Positions 1 to 12,622 of a stretch of DNA of 64,000 nucleotides are shown here, in pieces. The position numbers and the translations under genes were made by a program. The notes under the pieces were generated by a model. That model was not told the DNA's origin. It ran no database searches and saw only the letters and a list, made by a program, of their open reading frames with translations. Positions within the stretch are counted from its first letter, which is position 1; each line of letters opens with the position of its first letter. The stretch comes from Dendrobates tinctorius (Eukaryota). The stretch lies in contig NW_027361676.1 of the NCBI RefSeq assembly GCF_039654945.1, positions 41,292,001 through 41,356,000 on the forward strand, written 5' to 3'.

Positions 1-725
1 TTAATGTAGAATATTTTGTAAGTCTGTTAAGTCTATTAAATACATTTGCAAATATGTTAACAAGGGCAGTGATATGGCAGTTTTCCAGCTAGAGAATCCA
101 AAATGTACATCAGATGAGATTATGCAGTATCAGATGGGAAGGTATATAAGTAGTAATGAAGCCATGTGGCGATTACTACATTTTCCTATCCATGAAAGAC
201 ATCCGACTGTAGTTCATCTCAGTGTCCATCTTGAAAATGGACGAGTTTATTTTACTCCCAACAATGCAGAGGAAAGAGCTGCTCGACCACCCAATACAAC
301 ATTGACAGCTTTCTTTCTCCTATGTTAAGCAGATCCATTTGCAAGGACTTTATTATATTCAGATGTTCCAAAATATTATACATGGAATAAATCGAGAAAA
401 GTATTTTGCAAGAGTAAACAAGGTGCAAGGGTCCCAAGATTGGACAGATGTTCCAGTGATGCTCTTGGACGTGTGTATACAGTGCATCCAAACAACGCAG
501 AGTGTTACTACCTCCGATTACTGCTTCACTGTCCGTGGGCCAACTTCTTTCACAGATTTGAAAATAGTTGATGGAGAGCTGTGTCAAACTTACAGGGAAG
601 CATGCCAAAAGCGTGGTCTGATCGAAGACCATCAACACTGGGACATGACATTGCAGGAAGTATCTCACTCGCTTTCCACCTTAACTAAGAGACCTGTTCG
701 CTATAATTATAACCTGTGCATCTTC
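1..725 (+). pseudogene. Helitron Rep/helicase (RepHel) fragment with stop and frameshifts
   Basis: Translations SVKSIKYICKYVNKGSD (Rep catalytic YxxKY-type motif), GRYISSNEAMWRLLHFPIHERHPTVVHLSVHLENG, RVYTVHPNNAECYYLRLLL and VRGPTSFTDLKIVDGELCQTYREACQKRGLIED are characteristic Helitron RepHel blocks. In-frame TAA at 326-328 and frame changes; runs off the window start. Confidence 0.9.
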
Positions 726-869
726 CAATCTCTGGCTACTTTCACATTAGCGTTTTTTAGCGCAGCGCTTCGTGCGCAATAGAAACACATGCAAAAAACG
801 CATCATGCGTTTTGCATGTGTTTGCGTTTTTTAGGCGCATGCGTTTTGACCAGTTTCTAGCCATGTTAA

Positions 870-1960
870 CTCTTAAACCCCCCAATTCTAACTCCAACCC
901 TAACCCCAACCCTAACACACCCCTAATCCCATCCCTAACCCTAGTCCCAACCCTAACCTTAATCCTAACTTTAGCCCCAACCCTAACCCTAACTTTAGCC
1001 CCTGCCCTAACCCTCACTATAGCCCTAACCCTAGCCCTAACCCTAATGGGAAATGGAAATATATACACTTTTGTTTATTTTATTATTTTTCCCAAACTAA
1101 ACAGGTGATAAAGTGGGGTATGATTTACTATTTATAGCAGGTTTTTATGTTTGGCAGCTGTCACACACTAAAAGATGCTTCTTATTGCAAAAAATAGTTT
1201 TTGCATCACCACATTTTCAAATCTATAATTTTTCCATATTTTGGCCCACAGAGTCATGTGAGGTCTTGTTTCTTGCAGGACGAGTTGACGTTTTTATGGG
1301 TACCATTTTTGGGCACATGACATTTTTTGATCGCTTTTTATTCCGATTTTTGGGAGGCAGAATGAACAAAAGCCATCAATGCATGAATTTCTTTTGGGGG
1401 GTGCGTTTATAGTGTTCCGCATGTGGTAAAATTGATTATGCAGTTTTATTCTTCAGGTCAGTACCATGACAGTGATACCTCATTTATCGCTTTATTCTGA
1501 GAGCTATAACTTTTTTATTTTTCTGTTGATGGAGCTATATGGTGGCTTGTTTTTTGCGGGACAAGATGATGTTTTCAGCAGTACCACATTCATTTATATA
1601 ATTCTTTTTGATCGCGTGTTATTCCACTTTTTGTTCGGCGGTATGATGATAAAGCATTGTTTTTTTGCCTTGTTTTTTTTTAATGGTGTTCATTAAAGGG
1701 ATTAACTAGTGGGACAATTTTATAGGTCATATCGTTACGGATGCGGCAATACTAAATATGTGTACTTTTATTGTTTAAATTTTTTTGTTCAAATATTGAT
1801 TTAATGATGGAATAAATATTGATTTTTTTTTCATTATTTTTTAATATCTTTACAATTATTTAAAAAAAATATTATTTCATTCTTACTTTTACACCTTGTC
1901 CCACTATGGGACACTCATTTTTTGCAGGCTGATTGCTTATATGGCATGCAGATCTGAACA
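870..1960 (+). mobile_element. Internal fragment of the piggyBac-like non-autonomous repeat family, including a CCCTAA-type array
   Basis: The CCCTAA array followed by ...ccctaatggg...ggtgataaagtggggtatgatttactattt matches 11770-11860 inside the TTAA-bounded element 9186-12127. Termini not seen. Confidence 0.55.
875..1046 (+). repeat. Degenerate telomere-like (CCCTAA/CCCCAA/CCCTAG)n array
   Basis: About 28 hexamer units read directly, e.g. ccctaaccctagccctaaccctaa. Confidence 0.85.
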
Positions 1961-2019
1961 TGTATCAGGCTTTGACTAATTAATTTGTATTGGTTTAATG
2001 ATATTCTGCACCTGATTAA

Positions 2020-2420
2020 GGCTACTTTCACATTTCTGGATTTTAAATCCGGCGGGCTGCGGCGAAAAGTTGTCAAACCTGATCCGGTAGGAGCCGCAGC
2101 CTGCCGGATCATCTGTTTTTGCCGGATACAGTGCAGGAGAGGGAGAGGGAAAGAGAGTCTTTGCGCATGCGCTCTGCAAAAAAGCAGTCCGGCGCTGTCA
2201 AAAAACGTTGCATGGAACGTTTTTTTGCAGACGCCGGACAGGCATTTTTTGCCGTTTCCGGCTAAAGCCGGACACGCCGCATGGCCATCAGGCGCAATGC
2301 GGCGATAATGTAAGTCTATGGGAAAAAAGCCGGATCCGGTGGCAGCAGGCGCCGGATCCGTTTTTTCCATTTTTCACCGCATCGTGCCTGATGCTTCAAA
2401 ACGGAAATGTGAAAGTAGCC
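2020..2420. mobile_element. PIF/Harbinger-type MITE
   Basis: TIR GGCTACTTTCACATTTC...GAAATGTGAAAGTAGCC, flanked by TAA/TTA; internal CCGG/GGATCC-rich subterminal repeats. Confidence 0.85.
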
Positions 2421-3279
2421 TTAGCAACCACTTGTATATAACACTAGCGAAATGGAGTATGTGTAGAATAATGATTAAGAGCTGCTAAGTTCGAAATGCA
2501 TCTGTTCTGTACCACCTTCGGTGGTGACAATATGCTGAGCTGAAGTTGGATTTTATATACTTTGTCCAATAAAGGAAATTTCTCCAGGAACGGAAAGCTG
2601 GATTTCTTCTATTCATTCGGCATATATTAGAGCCCCGTTCTTCAGATGCACATCCAATTGGTGGACCCAAATATAGTCTACATTGATGGGGTATCCTGAG
2701 GATATACTATAACAGTTTAAGGTGGAAATATTACTTTAACATTTTAGGACTACTACTTTCAATGTAGTGAAAAGCTTATCACAAACCTATTGGTACTATG
2801 ATCACCTGTCAATTTACATTGAGGGCCCCTTATTATTGTAGTAGGGGTAAGTTTACCACTGCTCAGACTCAGACATCAGTTTTTCTCTAATATGAGAAAA
2901 ACAAACCAATTATTTTGATCAAAGTGTGATCCGAGTGTCATCAGATTTTCTCATAAGTTGAGAACGAAAAAACAAGTTTCTTCACCTCCTTTTTGACAGT
3001 CTGTCAGTGGCATCACTACACCGAAGAACATGGTCCAGACTTTTACTCTTTAGTGTGCAATAGCTGGGAGTTCATTTGAGGTTGTTTATTACCATTTGTT
3101 TGGCAATATTCTTTTGGGGGCACTACCTATGTGGCACTATTGGTTTCAGGCACACTATCTGTGTGGCTCTCTTTTAGGGGTAAATTAAAATAGCAACACA
3201 ATTTTTGAAGTATTGCGATCGCTGGGCAGCTCAACAGGCGCAGTCATGGTCAAATGGAGAAGCAGCAGGCACAGAATGA

Positions 3280-4250
3280 GGCTGAGTTCACATGTAGCGT
3301 TTTTTTGCGTTTCCGCGGCGGTTTTAAACGTGCGATTGTGCCACGAAAACGCGAACAATAAGCATCCCATGCATTCCTATGGGATTCCGCAATGCTGTGC
3401 TAATGCTGCGTTTTTTTCCGCGGCGGAATCGCTTCGCGGTAAATGCAGCATGCTCATTAATTTTGCGGAATCGCAGCGATCCCGCACCCATAGGAATGCA
3501 TTGTTCTGCTTACTTTCCGCATGTGGCTGTGCACTCCATGCGAAAAGTAAGCAGAACATTTGCGGATGGTACCCACGGTCCGGAGGAGAGGAGACTGTCC
3601 TCCGGGCTCTGGGTACCATATCCTTGTAAAAAATAGAATTAAATTAAAAAATATTGTTATTCTTACCTTCCGGCGTCCCGCGCAGCCTTCCCACCGTTCT
3701 CCACCCTCCCGGTCCCTGTAATCCTTTGTGAGAATGACCGCGATGGCGTCCGTTCTCGCGGGATCGCGACGTCTCGCGGTCATTCGCGATGACGTCAGAG
3801 CGTGACGTCATCGTGAATGACCGCGAGACGTCGCGATCCCACGAGAACGGACGCCATCGCGGTCATTCTCGCAAAGGATTACTGGGACCAGGAGCGTGGA
3901 GAGAGGCGGGACGCCGGAAGGTAAGAATAACAATATTTTTTATTTTTTTTATTATTTTTTACATCCTATCTTTTACTACTGACACTGCATAGGCAGCATC
4001 AGTAGTAAAAAGTTGGTCACACTCGTCAAACACTATGTTTGACGAGTGTGACCAACCTGTCAATCAGTTCTCCAAGCGATGCTACAGATCGCTTGGAAAA
4101 CGCTAGCATTCTGCAAGCTAATTACACTTGCAAAACGCTAGCTTTTCCGTGGCAAAATTGCGGGAATTTAAAATGCGATTTTCCCGCAGAATGGAATCCG
4201 GAATTCTCGCGGTAATTTCCGCGAGAGTTACGCTACGTGTGAACGTAGCC
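3280..4250. mobile_element. PIF/Harbinger-type MITE with internal ~330-bp palindrome
   Basis: TIR GGCTGAGTTCACATGTAGCG...CGCTACGTGTGAACGTAGCC followed by TAA; internal inverted repeat ~3640-3960 centred near 3800. Confidence 0.8.
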
Positions 4251-4390
4251 TAAGAGGTAGCAGCAGGATTGGGAGTTTGTGTATGTTGTGAATAAGTCAA
4301 ATGATTCTGGAAATATCGGGGCTGAAAAAGTTATAATGGTGGACTCAGCCATATGGAGACGATGGGAAAAGTGAATGTGTGCAACCTTTA

Positions 4391-4761
4391 GGGTAAGGTC
4401 ACACCAGGCGTTTTTTCAGCGTTTTTTTCATAAGGAAAAAAGCCGGAGAAAAGAAAACAGGTTTTGCTTGTATTTCTTGCGTTTTTTTGTACATTTTTTG
4501 CTGTGTTTTTTTGGCATACTAGGTTTCTCTTGTGCATGGTAATAAAGTTTAGTGCAGAAAATAAAGTCCAATTCTACAGAATCAGGTTTTTGTATAAAAA
4601 AACACAGCAAAATCTGATACCTTCATTTTTGCTGCTGATTTTCAAAGCACCAAATACTGATGTCAAAAAACCAATGTGAGCGCATGAGTTTCTGAAATCT
4701 CATTGTCATCGCTGAAAATTTGCATAAAAAGCACTGAAAAAAGCCTAGTGTGAACTTATCC
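4391..4761. mobile_element. PIF/Harbinger-type MITE (degenerate)
   Basis: GGGTAAGGTCACACCAGGC...GCCTAGTGTGAACTTATCC, flanked by TTA/TAA. Confidence 0.7.
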
Positions 4762-7700
4762 TAAGAACAGAAGAGGAGAAGAAGAAGGCAGTGAATCACA
4801 GTCAAAAGGGCGCCAAGGATGAGGAGGATGACTGTTAGATCTCTTTGTTCCACTTATCCTAAGAACGACACATGATTCATTGCATATCACTGTATAGCGA
4901 TATATAACTCTATATTCTCTTATATGGTCAGTGGAATCGGTATCTACCATTATATATTCACTGTATGCTGGGTGTATTTTTTTAATATTTTGTTTATTTC
5001 GTAATTCTGCAACAATAGGTATATTATTAGGTATATTGTGGTGTCATTGGCAGTATTTGTCTTTGCACAGTGTGTTTTGTACTGTAGAATAATGGTAATA
5101 TTATTTATTCCCTATAGTGGCAATGGACTGATCGTGGTGAGGTGGTATTATACTGGCCTTGTGTACTGGTGTTATTGGTAATAATGTTCTATGTATAGTT
5201 TGTTTTGTTTAGGAAAGTATGTAGCTAAAATTTGTCCTAGCATAATGGATATATGATAACTATGTACTGGCATTTGCCAGAATTGCCGGATGGCCAGTCC
5301 GGCCCTGCCTGCACCTTACCTGCCCGCTTAGATGGTTCTATACGGAAAGGTTTTCTCAGCTGCATTAGTATTTCATAAGCTCAACCAAGTCTTTAGGATG
5401 TTTTAATTTTCTACATTAAATTCTTAATGTGTATTTTTCTGAGGTTTTTATATAGAGGTTATAAAAGTGAAGCTAAATAAGCTTTTATTGCAGTAAGAAA
5501 TACAGCAGCCATTTACACTATATAGGTTTTTTTCCTGGACATTAGGGTGGAGTATTTTACATAATTGCACCTGAATGGCGCATGACTAAGATTTTATTAT
5601 TCCGGAACTGTAGGTTTTGGCTATGTGATCAGATTTTCACTATTTCAGGCACAATTTGTGTTATACAAATGCATTTTTCTCATTTTCTATGTAATGCCTT
5701 TCCATCAAATCAAGAGTGTAAACGATTGTATTAGTAGATGTACCGGCCATTACTCGTTCATCTCCAGCATACGGAACAGATCATGTTAACTTATAAAATG
5801 TGTCACATTTAAATTACAAACATGGCACTTCAAAGCCACTTTTGAAACCATGTTTAGCGTATTTGCATACATGTTTGCTTTACAAGCACAGTCAGCTTCA
5901 ATTCTCTCCAGCAGGCGGCATAAAGCCTGCCAACATCTGCAGTGCCACACTCATGGCATCAGACAATGACCGGGTATTATGGTGAGTGGCAGGAGTGGAA
6001 ACACCATTGGTGTAACCGGTGCAGTCACACAAGAGGTAAGGGGGCCCCTACCACCTTGGAAATCTGGTGGAATTGTGCCTTATGATGACCTACTGGACAG
6101 GATAGGGCCCATATATTGTTCTTTCACAGGGGTCCTCTTCTGTCTGTGTCCGCCCCGAGTGAGCGGTATACTATTAGTGAATATCTCCCTTCCCTATAAA
6201 CACTAATATAAACAGTCATGTTGGCCAAGTGTAAATGTTTATTTCAAACAGTAGAGCGGTATATAAATCCCTGACAGATTAACCAACAAATCACATCCTG
6301 TATTCTGTGAATGAAATTTCCATTTTATATTATACATGTACATGCTTATTTTTGTTGCTTTCCCAAAACTTTAAAGGTAATCTGTCACCCCATTTGAGCA
6401 TTTTTAGCTAATAATATGGCCTTCTTGATTATACATTGTTCATTAAAAATCTTTTTTTTTTTTGTTTTGATCTTCCAGGCTATGGGGCGTCTGCTGCCCA
6501 GAAGATAAGATTGCCTCCTCTATCATTGTACTGGATTTCTCCTCCCCCTCTTCTCCGCTTGCCTTTTGACGTCACTTCCGGCTCCATTGTTCTCAGGACC
6601 TCTGAAAAGTTTCACACAAGAAACTTAGAATACACTTAAAGAGGAAACTAAAACTAAAAAACAACCTGTCTAATTTTATAAAGAACGCTCTGACTCTTTC
6701 ACAGAGGTTAAAGTGAGGGCTCTCCACAGTATATTTTTAAATCTGTTTGAGACTTCCTGCCACAGAACTAGGCGATGCCACTATCTGTAGGAGAGACTGT
6801 GAGTATGCAACATGGAAAGACAGGAGATATGTGCACTTACCTTACTTCTTACTGGATGTAGTTATGCAAGAAGAGATGTAAGATGTATTCCTGTTTATTA
6901 CGGACCATGAGGAGGTTAGAAATAACAGCTGAGCTAAATCCTATACAGAATGCATTGAGATATTTACGTTACCCTTTTACATGCATCTAATACCTTCTTT
7001 TGCAGAAAGACCCTTTACAAGCTGCTATGTCCTCCACTTTAGAATCAGCTGTATCCCCCTCATTTATCTTAATTGCAAAATACACAGGAGCTTCTTGGTT
7101 GAATATCATCAAATACTATCTAGAGCAAACCAACCCACTTACATAAAAATTTCCAGACTTTATTTCATTTATTAAAAATAAACCCAATGAAGTAATAATC
7201 ACTATATATAGCTATAAACTGAGCTTGGATAATCCTCCAAGCAGGAAGTAACACTAAAGTATGAAAATTAAGGTTCTGTTACCATATTATCAAGAAAAAT
7301 GAGCTTAAAGAAGTTGTCCACTACTTGGACAATTTCTTCTCATACTTCTTGCTTAACCCCCATAAAATAAAAGAGCCTATACTCACCTTCCTTGCTGGCA
7401 CCATTCTCGCGGTGTCGGTACTCTGTCTCCGGGGCTTCTTTGCTGTTGTTGTGACACTGACATCCAATCAGCGCCAATCAATACTGTCACCGTGTCCTTT
7501 CAATTGAGCAGGAAGAGGAAGTCCAAGATCAGCTGTAGCACGGACTTCCTCTTCATATTCATTTTGTCTGAAGGCGGAAACAGTGACGCCAACGCTGATT
7601 GTGCACTTGTCATGTGTGCAATCCTTTTTTTTTTTTTTTTACAGCGGCAGTTATTATCCATTTACAAAACCATTTACAATGTTACAGAATTACAATGTAG

Positions 7701-9192
7701 CCATAAAAATATTTTATTTTTTTGGCTCCATATGACATCCAATTATTTTCGAGCACTCATAGACCTGAATGGGGCAAGTCTCATCCGTTTTATGTAAGAA
7801 ATTAGTGGATGCTGCGATTTGTTTCAAACGCAGATTTGGTCACTGAAAAAAATTGCTCATCTGCACTGCCGCATTGAATACACTGCCCCATTGAATAACA
7901 CTCGCCCGAGTGCAGCTGTTTTATTTTCAGAACTCCACACAAATATACAGTTGTGTGAGCAAGCCCTAATACTGATCTAAATAATCTGACATGCAATTGA
8001 TTTGAAATAGCAGTAATATTTGCTATTGGAGGTGGTGACTGCCACCGTATATGACTGATCACTACTATCAGCCTAAGGTTATTTTTAACTAATGCTGGAT
8101 GTTGCCTATGGTTGGGTGAATTGGGGGGGTGTCCTTGTGGGGTGCACTTATATGGTACTAGGCAGCCCACCTGATCTAATAGCATGGGCATCATCAATTG
8201 GCTGTAAGCCAGATACTGTGCACTACATCTGTGTGACTGGCGCCTTATACAAGCCTCATCTGAGTGCATTTTTAATAACAACCACCTCCTCTATGAATTT
8301 GAAGGTTTGTGAATGATTTCTTCATCAGTATTTTGCACCTGTACTGCCCCTATGAGCGACAACAGATACCCCTTTTCTCGGGGTGTCTTCAGTATCTGTT
8401 ATCCTGGCTGAAGTCTTTTTAGGGTAACAGGTGTTTTCATTTACTCATTTGTCTATCCTATCACATTTTGAGTATGGCTTTATATACTTTCCTATTGCTG
8501 GTATTTCCTGCTGGTGATAGTCTCATTTGGATGTCCATCCATACTGCTGTAGTTTTAAGTCAGTCAGGGAAAGACCAGCTAGGGTTTATTTCTTTGCTGT
8601 TTATGAACTTTTCCCTCCACCTATCTTTTTCCTTTTAGGAAGTAGGCAACATATTTTCTAACAGTACGTACTTAATCCTTTATTTTGTATTTCATGGTTT
8701 GTTTTGCTTACCTTGTAATCTTTTTCAATTTCAGCACACTTTTCCTTCTGTAGGTAATTTGCACTCTGCTTTGCCCTCCCTCTCCAATTCTTTAGGAGGA
8801 ACATGAAGCGCTCAACTTCCTTTCAAGCAACATTGGTCCGAGTTGTAATTGTTTAATTTGTGGTTAGAGCTATATCAGTCCACGCAGGAACCATTATGAA
8901 CTATGCGGGGTCAGTATCTCTAGTCTGTTCAGGAACAGGGTCTGTTGCAGATTTTACTGTTACCCATTTTGCCGAGTGAGTTGCTACACTAACATTCATA
9001 ACAGCCAATTAGTATGCTAAGTACCATTATTTCATGAGTATATTTTGTGTAGCAGTAATCCAGTCTGCGTTTTATATAGGATGTTTGCATACATCTTTGC
9101 GTATAAAATGTGCTGCTGTATCCTCTTGATTAAATTGCTGAAAGTAGCTTTCATGTTTTTCTCATAATTGATAGGTCTTCTTTAACCCCTTA

Positions 9193-9690
9193 GGCCTGTT
9201 TCACACATCAGTTTTTTTGTCAGTCAAAATCCGCTAAAATGACGGATAGCGGATCCGTTCCTGTACTGACCACAATGTTTGTCACCGGACCATTATTTGA
9301 ACGGATCCGTCAAAGGAAGAATTTTAAAGGAACCGCTGGAGGAGGAGGAGGAGGAGGAAGGGAGAGAGAGAGAGAATTTTTCAGCCGCCAGAACAGAGTT
9401 TAGGGTTAAATTTCCAGCTGAGTGAAGTCTTTCAGCCATACGCAGTGAGAAGTGTGGATCCTGCCAGCCGAAGAAAACGTTGCATGGTCCGTTCGGGCAT
9501 GTCGGCGGACGTCAAAATTTTAGCGGATCCGCAAAAAAACGGATCCAACGGATGGCCATCCGTCAAGATCCACCTGTAATGCAACTCAATGGGAAAAAAA
9601 CGAATCCGCCAAGAAAAATGGTGGATCCGTTTTTTTTTGCAAAACGGCGGATTTTGACTGATGGACACAAATGGATGTGTGAAACAAGCC
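9193..9690. mobile_element. Harbinger-type MITE inserted into the left TIR of the piggyBac-like element
   Basis: TIR GGCCTGTTTCACACATC...GATGTGTGAAACAAGCC; perfect TTA TSD (9190-9192, 9691-9693). Confidence 0.9.
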
Positions 9691-10240
9691 TTAGTGACAG
9701 AGCCCATTTTGTACTTAAGGACCAAGCCAATTTTTACAATTCTGACCACTGTCACTTTATGAAGTTATAGCTCTGGAAAACTTAAACATATCCCACTGAT
9801 TCTGAAAATGTTTTCTCGGGACAAATTGTACTTCATGTTGGTGGTAAAAATTCTGCAATATCACTTGCGATTATTTATGAAAAAAATGTAAATTTGGCTA
9901 AAATTTTTAACATTTTGCAATTTTCAAACTTTTAATTTTTGGTCCTTACATCGGAAAGTCATATCACACAAAATAGTTAATAAATAACATCTCCCACATG
10001 ACTATTTTACATCAGCACAATTTTGGAAACATAATTTTTTTTGTTAGGACGTTATAAGGGTTAAAAGTTGACCAGCGATTTCTCATTTTTCCAACAAAAT
10101 TTACAAAATCACTTTTATTAGGGACCACCTCACATATAAAGAGTTTGGGGGGTCAATATAAGAGAAAATACCCAAAAGTGACACCGTTCTAAAAACTGCA
10201 CCACTCAAGCTGCGCAAAATCACATTCAAGAAGTTTATTA

Positions 10241-11232
10241 CCATATATACTCGAGTATAAGCCGAGATTTTCAGCTCAAATTTTTAAGCTGAAAGTGCCC
10301 CTCTCTGCTTATACTCGAGTCACCCCCACCGGTCTGTATCCCCTCTCTTCCCTGGGAGTGTTTCTTACCCCCTCCTTCACAGCAGCAGCGGCGGCAGAGC
10401 AGCGCAATCCTGGCATGTATTGAGTCCCAGAGGTAGCGGCGTGCCGGTAACGTATGGAGCAAGCGGTAGCCGTACAGCAGATGGAGGTTGCGTATTCAAT
10501 CACGTGCTGCTTTGTCACGCAGGTCCTGTCGGCTCCACAGTGCTTAATGCGAGCTACTTGTGCTACTGGAGCTGGGAGTGTTTGGAGCGTCTGAATCCCG
10601 GAGGTACTGGCGTACTGGTAATGTATGCAGCAAGCGGTAGCTGTACAGCAAGTGAAGGTTGCGGGCGGCCTGTATTTTTGTTGCGCACACTTCACTTCCG
10701 ATCCCGCTCATTATGGCTTATGAATATTCGTGATGTCACTGGAAGTGATGCGTGCGGCACTGAAAATACAGGCCGCCCGCAACCTCAGCATGCCATATGC
10801 CTACCGCTTGCTCTATACGTTACTGACATGCCGCTACCTCCGGGACTCAATACATGCCAGGATTGCGCTGCTCCGCCGCTGCTGCTGTGAAGGAGGGGGT
10901 AAGAAGCACCCCTGGGGAAGAGAGACAGACTGGAGGAGAGGGGAGACAGACCTCTTGCCTTCATGACTACTACTGCTGCTCCACATGTTACCGGCACGCC
11001 GCTACCTCCGGGACTCCATACATGACAGGATGGCGCTGCTCCATCACCGCCACTGCTGTGAAGAAGTGGGTAAGAACCATCCCCGTGAAAGACTCGCAGA
11101 CCGACAGGGAGAGGGGATACTCGCGGACCCAGTAGCTGCTGCATCTCCCCCTTGGCTTATACTTGAGTCAATACGTTTTCCCGTTTTCTTAGCTAAAATT
11201 AGGTACCTCGGCTTATACTCGAGTATATACGG
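10241..11232. mobile_element. Tc1/mariner-superfamily (Tc2/pogo-like) non-autonomous element
   Basis: TIR CCATATATACTCGAGTATAAGCCGAG...CTCGGCTTATACTCGAGTATATACGG with TA TSD. The host reads aagtttatTAacccttcag across it (cf. uninterrupted copy at 33114-33132). Internal inverted and direct repeats at 10360-11070. Confidence 0.85.
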
Positions 11233-11499
11233 TAACCCTTCAGTTGCTTCACGAGAACTGAAGCAATGTGGAAGGAAAAATGTACATTTTACTTTTGTCA
11301 CAAAAAATGTACTTTGGAACCTTACTTTTTTATTTTCACAAGGGTATCAGGAGAAATTGATACCCCAGTATGTGGGGGAAAGCCACTATTTGGATGCATG
11401 GCAGGGCTCAGAAGGGAGGGAGCACAGTTTGACTTTTTAAACGCGAAATTAGCTGGAATCAATGGCGGGCCCCATGTCACGTTTGGAGATGTACCTAAA

Positions 11500-11781
11500 C
11501 TCCATCCCTAACACAGTCCTAACTCCAACACACCCCTAACCCTAATCCCAACCCTAAACATAACCTCAACACCACAATGCTAACCCCAACACCACAACCC
11601 TAGCCCCAATACAACCCCAGCCCTAACCTTATCCCCAATCCTAACCCTAGCTCTAGCCCTAGCCCAACCCTAACCCTAGCTCCAACCCCAACCCTAACCC
11701 TAGTTTTAACCCCAACCCTATCCCTTTCCCCAACTCTAACCCTAGCTCTAACCTCAACCCTAGCCCCAACCCTAACCCTAA
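11500..11781 (+). repeat. Degenerate telomere-like (CCCTAA)n array inside the piggyBac-like element
   Basis: About 45 hexamer variants CCCTAA/CCCCAA/CCCTAG/CTCTAA. Confidence 0.85.
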
Positions 11782-12222
11782 TGGAAAAAAATACATTTTT
11801 TTATTTTATTATTTTCACCTAAGGGGGTGATAAAGTGGGGTTTGATTTACTATTTCTTTATTTTGATCGCTGTGATAGGGTCTATCACAGTGATCAAAAT
11901 TAACCAACAGGAAAAATCTCCTATTGTTGCCGGGTGCTGGCCGGCAGTTCTCAGCGGGCGCACTGCGCATGTGCTCGCCATTATCTTTCCGGAAGCCGAG
12001 ACCCCGGAGATTTTCCGACACTGGGGGGAGCTATAACCTTATTTCTCAGCACCGTTAAAAAGCGGCACTGAGGAATAAGTACCCTAAACTGTCGCCGTTA
12101 AAAGGCGTATCAGCGGTCGTTAAGGGGTTAAAGGGACCACACTCAATCTCCTAGCAGATGTTTCCTTGGTTGAAATCCAGCTCAAGTACACTACAGCCTG
12201 TCAGTATTGGGATAATAATATA

Positions 12223-12622
12223 CAGTGGGGAAAAAAGTATTTAGTCAGCCACCAATTGTGCAAGTTCTCCCAATTAAAAAGATGAGAGAGGCCTGTAACT
12301 GACATCATAGGTAGACCACAACTATGAGAGTCAAAATGAGAAAACAAATCCAGAAAATCACCTTGTCTGATTTGGCAACATTTATTTTTCAAATTATGGT
12401 GGAAAATAGGTAATTGGTCATTAACAAAAGTTCATCTCAATATTTTGTTATATGGTGCCTTAGTAAGGGCATTGAAGATGAAAAGTTGACGGGTCTTTCG
12501 GCATGATAATGATCCCAAGCACACCGCCAGGGCAACGAAAGAGTGGCTTCGTAAGAATCATATGAAGGTCCTGGAGTGGCCTAACCAGTCTCCAGATCTC
12601 AACCCCATAGAAAACCTTTGGA
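12223..12622 (+). mobile_element. Internally deleted Tc1 fragment
   Basis: TA|CAGTGGGGAAAAAAAGTATTTAGTC left end fused to C-terminal transposase sequence [40 protein letters not shown]. Confidence 0.85.

Larger units (their letters stand above)
9186..12127 (+). mobile_element. piggyBac-like non-autonomous DNA transposon with nested insertions
   Basis: TTAA|CCCCTTA(GTGAC)...GTCGTTAAGGGG|TTAA: TTAA TSD at 9182-9185 and 12128-12131 with CCCC/GGGG termini. Body homologous to copies at 32590 and 50119. No ORF. Confidence 0.8.

Noticed and set aside
875-1046. True telomere or chromosome-fusion scar
   Set aside because: Short, degenerate, single orientation, and embedded in a dispersed repeat seen again at 11500-11781.
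7802-9000. 159-aa minus-strand ORF and neighbouring coding-like sequence
   Set aside because: No recognisable domain and stops in adjacent frames; possibly a decayed retroelement but unsupported.
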